A stretch of 64,000 nucleotides of DNA. Source: Bdellovibrionales bacterium (lineage in GTDB: Bacteria > Bdellovibrionota > Bdellovibrionia > Bdellovibrionales > JAKFYE01). Each line of letters opens with the position of its first letter. Within the stretch, counting starts at the first letter, position 1. The notes under the pieces were generated by a model that saw nothing but the letters and a program-made list of their open reading frames with translations, had not been told where the DNA came from and ran no database searches. Made by a program: the position numbers and the translations under genes. Where the stretch lies: the NCBI GenBank assembly GCA_965206675.1, contig CBDBKL010000008.1, positions 103,208 to 167,207 on the forward strand, written 5' to 3'. This document shows, piece after piece, positions 19,305 to 27,283 of this stretch.

Positions 19305-19515
19305 ATCCCTGCTTTAAATAAAAAATGAATGCTCATAAAAAATAACAACTTAAAGATCTCTATCGAACCCTTGCGTATACGGCTTCTTATTATCTTAGAG
19401 CCCATCTATTAAAAGGAGAGTGCTCTCAGAAAGAACAATGAGCTTGCTCTTTCCAAAAAGTCATTGATCTAAAGAAATTTATGATGATACGCTGACGTTG
19501 TTATAGGGAGGTCTA

Positions 19516-19815
19516 TTGAAAACCGACTCTGATCTTCACCCCAGCACACCAGACATGAAACACTCTGATCCCCTGCCGAATACTTTAAAGACACGTATCT
19601 CTAACTCAAAAGAAGACACCTCAAACATCAAACGAAACCATCCCCAAAATATCAAAAAAAATATACGGTCAAAGCAAGAAGTTGATGGCTATCGTGTTGC
19701 CAAATATAGGACTCTTATTGAAAAGGGTTTATATAAAGTCGATTCAGAAAAAGTAGCTCAAAAAATCATTGAAGCTCATGACGAAAATGGAATTCTCACC
19801 CCGAAGAAAAGATAA
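19516..19815 (+). CDS. flgM: anti-sigma-28 factor FlgM-like protein
   Basis: 99 aa. The C-terminal block YRTLIEKGLYKVDSEKVAQKIIEAH matches the FlgM signature (I..G.Y.vd...vA.k). The start is a TTG with GGGAGG 4 nt upstream. An ATG at 19555 is an alternative start. Confidence 0.55.
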   Translation: MKTDSDLHPSTPDMKHSDPLPNTLKTRISNSKEDTSNIKRNHPQNIKKNIRSKQEVDGYRVAKYRTLIEKGLYKVDSEKVAQKIIEAHDENGILTPKKR

Positions 19816-20006
19816 TTTTCCCCTCTTCTACTTATTGACCGTTCTTATCATAGCCAAGCCATAAAAATTACAGGAAGACTTCTTTTTTAGAAAAAGATTC
19901 TATGTAAGTATTCCACCAGATTTTATTTCTATTCTCCGCTTATTAAAACTCTGCTTTATTGCACTAGAGTTTTTTAAGAAGCATGATCTATAAATACGGT
20001 ACTTTT

Positions 20007-22016
20007 ATGAAATCACTTGTAAATTCTCTTTGGACCATCATTATTTTATCCTTTTCATTACAAGCGATAAGCTCTGAGTGGTCTGAAGAACTCGAATGGG
20101 CCATCCGCACAGCTTACTTAGATAAAGTGAATAGACTCCTTGCCAATGAAAACCTGGATGTGAATGCCAGAAAAAAACCATTCAACCCCGATCACAAGCT
20201 GGGAAACACGTATTTAGGTATAGCCGTAGAACACATAAATGATGAAAGAATCGTAGGAGCACTTCTAAAAGCCGGTGCTGATGTCAATGCTGAACTAGAA
20301 TATAGCCCTTCTGTTTTATTTCACGCTTTAGACTATGTCAGAAATGAAAAAGTCATAGAGGTACTTCTGAAATTTGGGGCCGATACAAAGATGCTAAGAA
20401 ACAAAGGGGCAACGGGATATGGTGGGACAGTATTGCATGAGGCTGCAGAGTGGGGGCAAAATGAAAGAGTTGTCCAAATACTTCTAGATGACCCCAGCCT
20501 TACAACCGAGATCGTTAATGCAACAGATGCAGAGGGAAAAACAGCTTTGCAACGTGCAATGTATCAAAGCCAAATACAACATGATAAAGAAAGACACCAA
20601 AGGATTGTTGATACATTTTTAAACCACCCAAAGGTAAAGGTTGATGGTTTTGAATTATTTAAACTTGCTATAGATGCCAATGATCTTAACCGCATAAAAG
20701 AACTTATTGCAAATGAGAGAATCGATATAGACGCCAGAGGACCTTATAATAATACACCCCTGCAATATGCTGCAGAAAATGCAGAAGATGTAAGAGTCAT
20801 AAATGCCTTTCTAGAAGGTGGGGCTAATGTCAATGCCATATCTGATCATGGAAACACAACCATACATTATGCTTTAAAGAATACGAAAACGGCAGGGATT
20901 GTGACAGCACTACTTAGAGATCCCAATATGGATACGGAGGGAATAAAAGGGTTGGCAAATGATCTGCTAAGAAGCCTTATATTTATTATACATAATACTC
21001 TAGTGCCCCGATCCATAGATTTTAAAAATAACATAGAAGCTGTAAAAGAACTTTTTAGGGATAGAAAACTAAATCCCAATGAAACAGATGCAGAGGGAAG
21101 AACACTGTTACATCTTATAGCTAGAGGTTCTTCAAAAGGTTCCTTAGAGATCATGCAGGCACTGATTGAAGTCGGGGCTGATATACACGCAACAGACAAT
21201 CAGGGACGAACACCTCTTCATACGGCAGCAAATATAAAAAATGAAAAAGGAATAATAGTCCTTCTTGAAGCAGGCGCAGATGTGACAGTAACAGATAACG
21301 ACAAACGAACACCTTTGCACCTACTCGTTCGCTCAAGAGAGATGCCCTCTTGGAATATACTATCAGACAGCATAAGTCCAATAGCTGTACAAGCCATTCT
21401 GGAAAATCCCAATTTTAGCACTATAGTCGCCAATGTAAGAGACAAGTATGACATGACACCCTTAGAAACGGCTGTTCGAAATCCTCAGTTGAAAAACTGG
21501 AAAGCTATAAAAAAGCTTCTTGATGATCCTCATATTCGCCCTAATATGACAAATAAACATGGAGAAACAGCACTGCATTTGCTTGTGGAAAGTGCAAGGT
21601 CAGGCGTCCTTATAACACTGTTTATTAATCATGAAAGGGTTTTAAAAAATCCAACAGACAACGACGGCAATACCCCATTTCACTCGGCTGCAGCTTTTTC
21701 AAATAATCCGAAAATTATTCAGGCCTTTCTTGATATCCCAGAAGTTAATATACATGCTTTGAACGATAAGGGACTAACTCCTTTTCAAGAAGCTGAAAAC
21801 GCCATTGGTCAACGTCGATACATTCTTCAAGTCTTTCATAATCATCCTCGATTTAATAGATTTAAGGGTTCAGATACTGATACAGATCGTAAAGGTGATA
21901 AGAAAGCTAAGGAATCAAAACCTTGGCATTTGGAAGGCAACGTTATACGAGGGGCTTTTCCAAATGAAGAAATGGATACTCAAACCAATGAGGAAGAATT
22001 AAAACCTTGTTTTTAA
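20007..22016 (+). CDS. large secreted ankyrin-repeat protein
   Basis: The Met at 20007 opens a signal peptide (MKSLVNSLWTIIILSFSLQAISS); the ORF track starts at 19983. There are more than 12 ANK units. The protein ends ...EEELKPCF. Confidence 0.85.
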   Translation: MKSLVNSLWTIIILSFSLQAISSEWSEELEWAIRTAYLDKVNRLLANENLDVNARKKPFNPDHKLGNTYLGIAVEHINDERIVGALLKAGADVNAELEYSPSVLFHALDYVRNEKVIEVLLKFGADTKMLRNKGATGYGGTVLHEAAEWGQNERVVQILLDDPSLTTEIVNATDAEGKTALQRAMYQSQIQHDKERHQRIVDTFLNHPKVKVDGFELFKLAIDANDLNRIKELIANERIDIDARGPYNNTPLQYAAENAEDVRVINAFLEGGANVNAISDHGNTTIHYALKNTKTAGIVTALLRDPNMDTEGIKGLANDLLRSLIFIIHNTLVPRSIDFKNNIEAVKELFRDRKLNPNETDAEGRTLLHLIARGSSKGSLEIMQALIEVGADIHATDNQGRTPLHTAANIKNEKGIIVLLEAGADVTVTDNDKRTPLHLLVRSREMPSWNILSDSISPIAVQAILENPNFSTIVANVRDKYDMTPLETAVRNPQLKNWKAIKKLLDDPHIRPNMTNKHGETALHLLVESARSGVLITLFINHERVLKNPTDNDGNTPFHSAAAFSNNPKIIQAFLDIPEVNIHALNDKGLTPFQEAENAIGQRRYILQVFHNHPRFNRFKGSDTDTDRKGDKKAKESKPWHLEGNVIRGAFPNEEMDTQTNEEELKPCF

Positions 22017-22033
22017 ATAAATAGGAATTCAAT

Positions 22034-22110
22034 GGCCCCGTAGCTCAGTTGGATAGAGCACAAGTTTCCTAAACTTGGTGTCGCATGTTCGAATCATGCC
22101 GGGGTCACCA
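22034..22110 (+). tRNA. tRNA-Arg (anticodon CCT)
   Basis: 77-nt cloverleaf folded by hand. Acceptor stem is GGCCCCG/CGGGGTC, D arm GCTC-AGTTGGATA-GAGC, anticodon arm CAAGT-TTCCTAA-ACTTG, and T arm GCATG-TTCGAAT-CATGC. The CCA end is encoded. Confidence 0.95.
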
Positions 22111-22275
22111 TAACATACCTCTTTCTCGGGTCTTTGACAGAAACATTTTACAGCCCACTAGAACGTTTTGCGCTCAAACACATATCAAAACCAAAACAAC
22201 ACCCTGAAACAATCGGCTCTTAAATTGACTTAGAGAAAAGAACATTGTAGCACTTTTCTTATAAAGGATTTAATA

Positions 22276-22935
22276 ATGAACCTGTCCAATCGAAAACAAT
22301 TCGTCTTCACTGTATTAGGTGGGTTTTTTATATGTAACGCTATTCTGGCAGAGTTGATCGGCGGAAAAGTCGTAAGCGTTGGAGGTTTTTTTTCAGTCAG
22401 TGTGGGCATTATTCCGTGGCCTGTTGTCTTCCTCATGACAGATTTGATAAATGAATACTTTGGTAAAGAGGGAGTAAAAAAACTCACATTTTTAACCGTC
22501 GGTCTTATTATCTATACATTTCTCATTGTTTATATTGCTATGGGCATTCCCGCTGCTGAGTTTTCACCTGTAAAAGATGAGCCTTTTAGAACTGTCTTTG
22601 GCCAATCCCTATGGATTATTGTTGGAAGTATTACAGCCTTTCTTGTAAGCCAATTGGTTGATGTTTTTGTTTTCTGGTTTTTTCGAAACAAAACAGGAAA
22701 ACGAATGCTCTGGCTAAGAGCAACGGGTTCCACCGCTGTTTCCCAGCTGATCGACAGCTTTATTATTATTGGAATTGCCTTCTGGCTCCCTGGAAAATTC
22801 GATTTTTCCCAATACATACAAGTCTCTAGCTCCAGCTATGCTTATAAACTGGCGATAGCCATCGGTATCACACCGTTAATTTACCTTCTCCACGGCCTTA
22901 TAGATTGGTACTTAGCTAAGGATGATAGAAACTGA
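22276..22935 (+). CDS. yhhQ: queuosine-precursor transporter (YhhQ/VUT family)
   Basis: 219 aa, 6 TM, with the conserved block WPVVFLMTDLINEYFGK. Confidence 0.75.
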   Translation: MNLSNRKQFVFTVLGGFFICNAILAELIGGKVVSVGGFFSVSVGIIPWPVVFLMTDLINEYFGKEGVKKLTFLTVGLIIYTFLIVYIAMGIPAAEFSPVKDEPFRTVFGQSLWIIVGSITAFLVSQLVDVFVFWFFRNKTGKRMLWLRATGSTAVSQLIDSFIIIGIAFWLPGKFDFSQYIQVSSSSYAYKLAIAIGITPLIYLLHGLIDWYLAKDDRN

Positions 22936-22941
22936 TTTTTT

Positions 22942-23025
22942 CCTCTCTCTCCCACTTCCGTTCGGTATACGCCTTGCACTTTAGAGAACTGCGTTTTGAA
23001 ATCCTTGAGAAAAATTCTCTCTCTC
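22942..23025 (-). repeat. family C repeat, partial copy
   Basis: The reverse complement GAGAGAGAATTTTTCTCAAGGATTTCAAAACGCAG... matches 53385..53435. The inner CCGAACGGA module is shared with family B. Confidence 0.7.
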
Positions 23026-23292
23026 AATTCTACAAAATTAGATTTTATGCGACGCATAACAACAAGGGGTTATCTACTCCCAAGGTCTCAAGGAGAGCTT
23101 TACTTTTACATTTTCTCTATAGTAAGACAGTGACTTGTTATCAAAGCAAAGTATAACAACAAGACATAGAACAAAGAGAAAAAAATTTTCGACTGAATTG
23201 AAATAGTATCAGCGACTTAAAAAATACGATTAAAAGGAAAAGTGAGTTTGATCAGACATCTGGTCACAATATTTTTAAAAAAGGATATTTGA

Positions 23293-23928
23293 GTGAAAAA
23301 AAATAAACGTTTACGTTCACGGTTTAAAATTCAAAGAAAGTTAGGTATTGAATTGCCAGGTCTTGGAAAACCAGGCTCTTTAGAGAGAAAACCTTATCCC
23401 CCAGGGCAGCATGGAAATAAAAGAAGAAAGTACTCAGACTACTCTATTCAATTGGAAGAAAAGCAAAAAATCCTCTTTAACTACTGGCTGCGAGAGGAAC
23501 AGCTACGTCGATTTATCAGACAATCTAAAAGTGGAACAGAAACAAACTGGGTCAACACGCTTATTGGAAGATTAGAGTGCCGCTTGGACAATGTTTTATT
23601 TCGTATGGGTTTTGCCCCTAGTATATTAGCCGCACGACAAATGATTTCTCATGGGCATGTAAAAGTAAACGATCAAAAAGTGAGTATTGGGTCACAAGTT
23701 TTAAAAGTAGGAGATACAGTTGAACTCACAGAAAAAATGTATCAAGGCCAAACTTTCTTGCAGGCACAACAAAGCCCAAGATTAGAGCCCGTTGATTGGT
23801 TAGAGGTTATCGAAAAAGAAAAGGGTAAGAAAACGGGTACCGTAAAACAGGTCCCTGGATTAGAAGCCGTTCCCTTTCCTTTTTCTTCAGGGGTTTTTGC
23901 GGAATATTATGCCCAAAGAAGTGTTTAA
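23293..23928 (+). CDS. rpsD: 30S ribosomal protein S4
   Basis: 211 aa with a GTG start. Conserved blocks are PGQHG, RLDNVLFRMGFA, ARQMISHGHVKVN and a C-terminal ...EYY motif. Confidence 0.85.
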   Translation: MKKNKRLRSRFKIQRKLGIELPGLGKPGSLERKPYPPGQHGNKRRKYSDYSIQLEEKQKILFNYWLREEQLRRFIRQSKSGTETNWVNTLIGRLECRLDNVLFRMGFAPSILAARQMISHGHVKVNDQKVSIGSQVLKVGDTVELTEKMYQGQTFLQAQQSPRLEPVDWLEVIEKEKGKKTGTVKQVPGLEAVPFPFSSGVFAEYYAQRSV

Positions 23929-23948
23929 AATAAGCAGGATTTAAAAAA

Positions 23949-24203
23949 ATGAAAAAAGATATTCATCCCAAAATGAGAGAAGTTGTTTTCAAAGACGTAT
24001 CCTGTGACAAAGGCTTTGTTGCCCTTTCAACAATTAACACCTCAGATACTATTACCTGGGAAGACGGCAAGGAGTATCCTCTCGTGAAACTGGATATTTC
24101 CTCCTACTCACACCCCTTCTACACAGGAACACAGAGGCTTGTTGACACAGAGGGCCGACTTGAGCGGTTCAATAAAAAATATTCTAAATTTAAGAAAAAA
24201 TAG
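23949..24203 (+). CDS. rpmE: 50S ribosomal protein L31, type B (no CxxC zinc site)
   Basis: 84 aa with MKKDIHPK... and ...[10 protein letters not shown]. It lacks the paired cysteines. It starts 20 nt after rpsD. Confidence 0.85.
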   Translation: MKKDIHPKMREVVFKDVSCDKGFVALSTINTSDTITWEDGKEYPLVKLDISSYSHPFYTGTQRLVDTEGRLERFNKKYSKFKKK

Positions 24204-24206
24204 GTC

Positions 24207-24512
24207 TTACCAAGAAGATTTTGTAACCCCCGGGATCAGGCCATGATTAGCTGCTTCCCGAAAGGCAATTCTGGACATTGCAAACTTACGAAGATATCCG
24301 CGAGGACGCCCTGTCACCCGACATCGACGACTCAATCGCGTTTCAATTGAAAGCCGTGGCAGTTTATTTAGGGCAATCCGAGCCACCTCTCGTTGCTCGT
24401 CAGTAAGGCTCATATCTTTTATTTGATTCCTCAACTCAAGCCTGCGCGCCCTATATTTTTCGATCACAACCTCTCTACGCTTCCAACTTGCAATTTTACT
24501 CGTTTTTGCCAC
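24207..24512 (-). CDS. rpsN: 30S ribosomal protein S14, long non-zinc form
   Basis: 101 aa, MAKTSKIA...[15 protein letters not shown]...GVTKSSW, with a single Cys only. It is convergent with rpmE with 3 nt between the stop codons. Confidence 0.85.
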   Translation of the reverse strand: MAKTSKIASWKRREVVIEKYRARRLELRNQIKDMSLTDEQREVARIALNKLPRLSIETRLSRRCRVTGRPRGYLRKFAMSRIAFREAANHGLIPGVTKSSW

Positions 24513-24611
24513 AAATGACTCCTTCTCTTTGAAGTGCTATAGTTGTCATTAATTCTTTAAATTAGCAAGAAGATAATTCCCTCTGGGACTAACCAAAAAG
24601 GAGAAAACAGA

Positions 24612-25595
24612 ATGGGAGACCAACAGTTACAATCTCTGTCACTCTTTATATTAGCAGCTATAGCTGTGGTTATGGCACTTATCTATACCCAACCTGTTAT
24701 GGTCCCTCTTGTTTTTGCTCTCTTTCTCTATTCGTTCACAAGCCCTCTTATTAATACCATCTCTTCGAAAATCCCAAGAGCCCTTTCTATTGCAGCACTC
24801 ATGCTCTTTGTCTTCCTCATAGTCGGCGGAGGTTTTTTCTTTATCTCACTTTCTATAGATAACTTTATTCAAAACCTCCCTCTATATAAAGAGCAACTCT
24901 ATTCTCTTACTTTTGACATATTAGCTTTTTTAGAATCTATGAGCATAGAAGTAAATCAAGACAACATAAGAGAAGGTATAAAAAACTTACCTTTCATCAG
25001 CTATCTTAAAAAGTTTTCTGCCGGAATATTCTCTATTATTGGCAATAGTCTATTAATTGTAATTATGCTGTCTTTTTTACTCCTTGGAGAGCCCAAGAAA
25101 CAAAGTGCATCCTTAAAAACCATTCAAAAACAAATTTCCTATTATATAGGAATAAAACTCTCTATCTCATTATTAACAGGACTCCTTGTAGGGTGTGTTC
25201 TTATGCTATTTAGAATTGATCTTGCGCTCATGTTTGCAGTCCTTACTTTTATGTTAAACTTTATTCCCAGTATTGGATCCATTATTGCCACCCTACTTCC
25301 CATACCTTTAATTCTCATAAAATTCGGACTTGGCTGGCAAACAATGTTATGCATTGGGCTGATGACACTAATACAAATCACTATCGGTCAATTTATTGAA
25401 CCGCGTCTTATGGGAAACACTCTCAACTTACATCCTGTCACCATGTTGGTTTTTCTTATCTTCTGGGGATTGGTTTGGGGTATTCCAGGAATGTTTATGG
25501 CCGTCCCAATGACAGCAGCTTTAAAATTAATATTAGAAAATATAAAGCCCGCTCAAAAAATGGCAAAGTTACTTGAAGGGGAATGGGTTTTTTAA
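24612..25595 (+). CDS. AI-2E (PerM/UPF0118) family transporter
   Basis: 327 aa, 7-8 TM, with family-typical C-terminal blocks (NFIPSIGSIIA, GLVWGIPGMFMAVPM). Confidence 0.7.
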   Translation: MGDQQLQSLSLFILAAIAVVMALIYTQPVMVPLVFALFLYSFTSPLINTISSKIPRALSIAALMLFVFLIVGGGFFFISLSIDNFIQNLPLYKEQLYSLTFDILAFLESMSIEVNQDNIREGIKNLPFISYLKKFSAGIFSIIGNSLLIVIMLSFLLLGEPKKQSASLKTIQKQISYYIGIKLSISLLTGLLVGCVLMLFRIDLALMFAVLTFMLNFIPSIGSIIATLLPIPLILIKFGLGWQTMLCIGLMTLIQITIGQFIEPRLMGNTLNLHPVTMLVFLIFWGLVWGIPGMFMAVPMTAALKLILENIKPAQKMAKLLEGEWVF

Positions 25596-26371
25596 ATAAT
25601 AAGTTTTACTGAAACGGTATGCTCTTGATTTCCATTCTGATATTTATAATTTAATCCCAGCATAGAAAGAACCCACCAGTTAACTTCTCCATGAAAATCG
25701 CTAAATGCCTTTAACGAAGGCCCAGACACACGAATCATATACCCGACTCCAATTGTAAGATACTCCGTCCATTCCAAAGTCGCCATGGGGTCAATATAAA
25801 TAATATCATCAAAATTCCCTTCTTCAGCGGGATGAAAAACAATATCTGCTGCAAAAAGAAATTTTCCTGGCTCCCTATAGCCCACCCCTAGGGCCCATGA
25901 ACGAGCCGAATTATGCAGTAACCCTGAAACAGTCAAACCTGCGGCAAAACTTTCTCGCCATCCCCAATGAACTCCTAAGTCTAACTCAGCCGTCTTTGTC
26001 ACATCACTGTAAAGAACACCAGCTCCAACACCAAAAGAAATAAATCTAAATCCCACTCCCCCTGAGAGGAAAAACTGACCCTCTGCTTCGTCTATGTTAT
26101 TGACTCCCCCACCAATATAGTAACCTAAAATATCCAAACTCCCTGTATATATAGCTTCTCCCTCAATCGCGTCATGTCCAAATCCCGATCTTATATCGAG
26201 AGTACTGATAGCATCTTTCAAGGCTCCAGGGTTTCCCCTTCCATATATAGCTGCAGAGTTGTAATTAGCATCTGCAGGAAAAGATACCCCTGAGTTAACG
26301 TTGATACGTTCAGTAGAGGTTGCTGATAAAAATAACGGGCACAATAAAATCAGAGCGAAACCAATCCTCAT
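25592..26371 (-). CDS. putative outer-membrane beta-barrel protein
   Basis: The Met at 26371 opens a signal peptide (MRIGFALILLCPLFLSATS). The rest is Gly/aromatic-rich with an alternating-strand pattern. No family was recognised. Confidence 0.4.
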   Translation of the reverse strand: MRIGFALILLCPLFLSATSTERINVNSGVSFPADANYNSAAIYGRGNPGALKDAISTLDIRSGFGHDAIEGEAIYTGSLDILGYYIGGGVNNIDEAEGQFFLSGGVGFRFISFGVGAGVLYSDVTKTAELDLGVHWGWRESFAAGLTVSGLLHNSARSWALGVGYREPGKFLFAADIVFHPAEEGNFDDIIYIDPMATLEWTEYLTIGVGYMIRVSGPSLKAFSDFHGEVNWWVLSMLGLNYKYQNGNQEHTVSVKLII

Positions 26372-26557
26372 AAAATGTTTTAAATGGAAGATTTTAAAAT
26401 CCTGCAAGATAGGCTCTCCTTTTTCATACACCATTTTATTCTTCCTTATGGAGCTAGATCAACAAAAATTCTTAACTTAAAAGTGATTCTTTCCTATGTT
26501 CATGTTATGAAATATGGGCATTTTTTGAACATCTAAAAGGCAATAGGTGATATATTT

Positions 26558-27139
26558 ATGTATATTTCTATAGTTTGTGGTAGCCATAGACAAAACTCAA
26601 ATTCCTTAAAAGTTGCAAACTATGTTCAATCTTATTTGCAAACCATAAAAGCAGAAACTTTTCTTCTAGATCTCGGCGAACGCCCTCTCGATTTATGGGA
26701 TGAAACTGTATGGTCTGGCGATAAAAAGTGGGAAAAACAATGGAAGCCTATTGAAAAACATTTTGAAAAAAGTGATGCTTTTGTTCTGATTTCACCTGAA
26801 TACGCAGGTATGGCTTCTCCCACCTTAAAAAATCTTTTTCTCTTCTGTGGTTCAACCCTGCGCCATAAACCAGGATTACTTGTAGGTGTTTCAAGTTCTA
26901 GAAATGGAGCCTATCCGATTGCAGAATTAAGAATGAGTAGTCACAAAAACTCTCACATCATTTATATTCCAGAACATGTTATTATTCGCGATGTTGAAGA
27001 TTTTGGAAAAAATAAAGAGGGCTATATTGAGCAGCGCATGAATTATTCTTTGAACTTATTACCTACCTATGCAAAGGCTTTTGCTAAGATTAGAGGCTCA
27101 GGCCTCCTAAAGCCTGATATGTACGATTTTGGAATGTAA
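26558..27139 (+). CDS. NAD(P)H-dependent FMN reductase-like oxidoreductase
   Basis: 193 aa with flavodoxin-like N-terminus ISIVCGSHRQNSNS and an SPEYAG motif. Confidence 0.65.
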   Translation: MYISIVCGSHRQNSNSLKVANYVQSYLQTIKAETFLLDLGERPLDLWDETVWSGDKKWEKQWKPIEKHFEKSDAFVLISPEYAGMASPTLKNLFLFCGSTLRHKPGLLVGVSSSRNGAYPIAELRMSSHKNSHIIYIPEHVIIRDVEDFGKNKEGYIEQRMNYSLNLLPTYAKAFAKIRGSGLLKPDMYDFGM

Positions 27140-27283
27140 AAATAAGTATTTTAATATATGATTCTGAAGGTATTATAATAACTCATTTTTACAAGTAATG
27201 TTGCTATAACAAGAGGAGAAAGTATTTGGATGACCAATCCATTAACATAGGGACTTGTAACCCCACTCCAAGAGGTCATAACA

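Noticed and set aside
22111-22275. Looked for a preQ1 riboswitch upstream of the yhhQ-type queuosine-precursor transporter.
   Set aside because: I could not find the short P1 hairpin followed by the A-rich ...AAAAAACUA tail of preQ1-I, or anything resembling class II/III. A covariance-model scan would be needed to be certain.
22974-23156. 60-aa plus-strand ORF between yhhQ and rpsD.
   Set aside because: It starts inside the family C repeat copy, has no SD and has low-complexity content. The region is better explained as a repeat plus the rpsD leader.
24513-24611. Possible Zur operator in the rpsN / AI-2E-transporter divergent spacer.
   Set aside because: I could recognise no convincing AT-rich palindrome of Zur/Fur type by eye. 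The question is left open in the ribosomal-protein finding.
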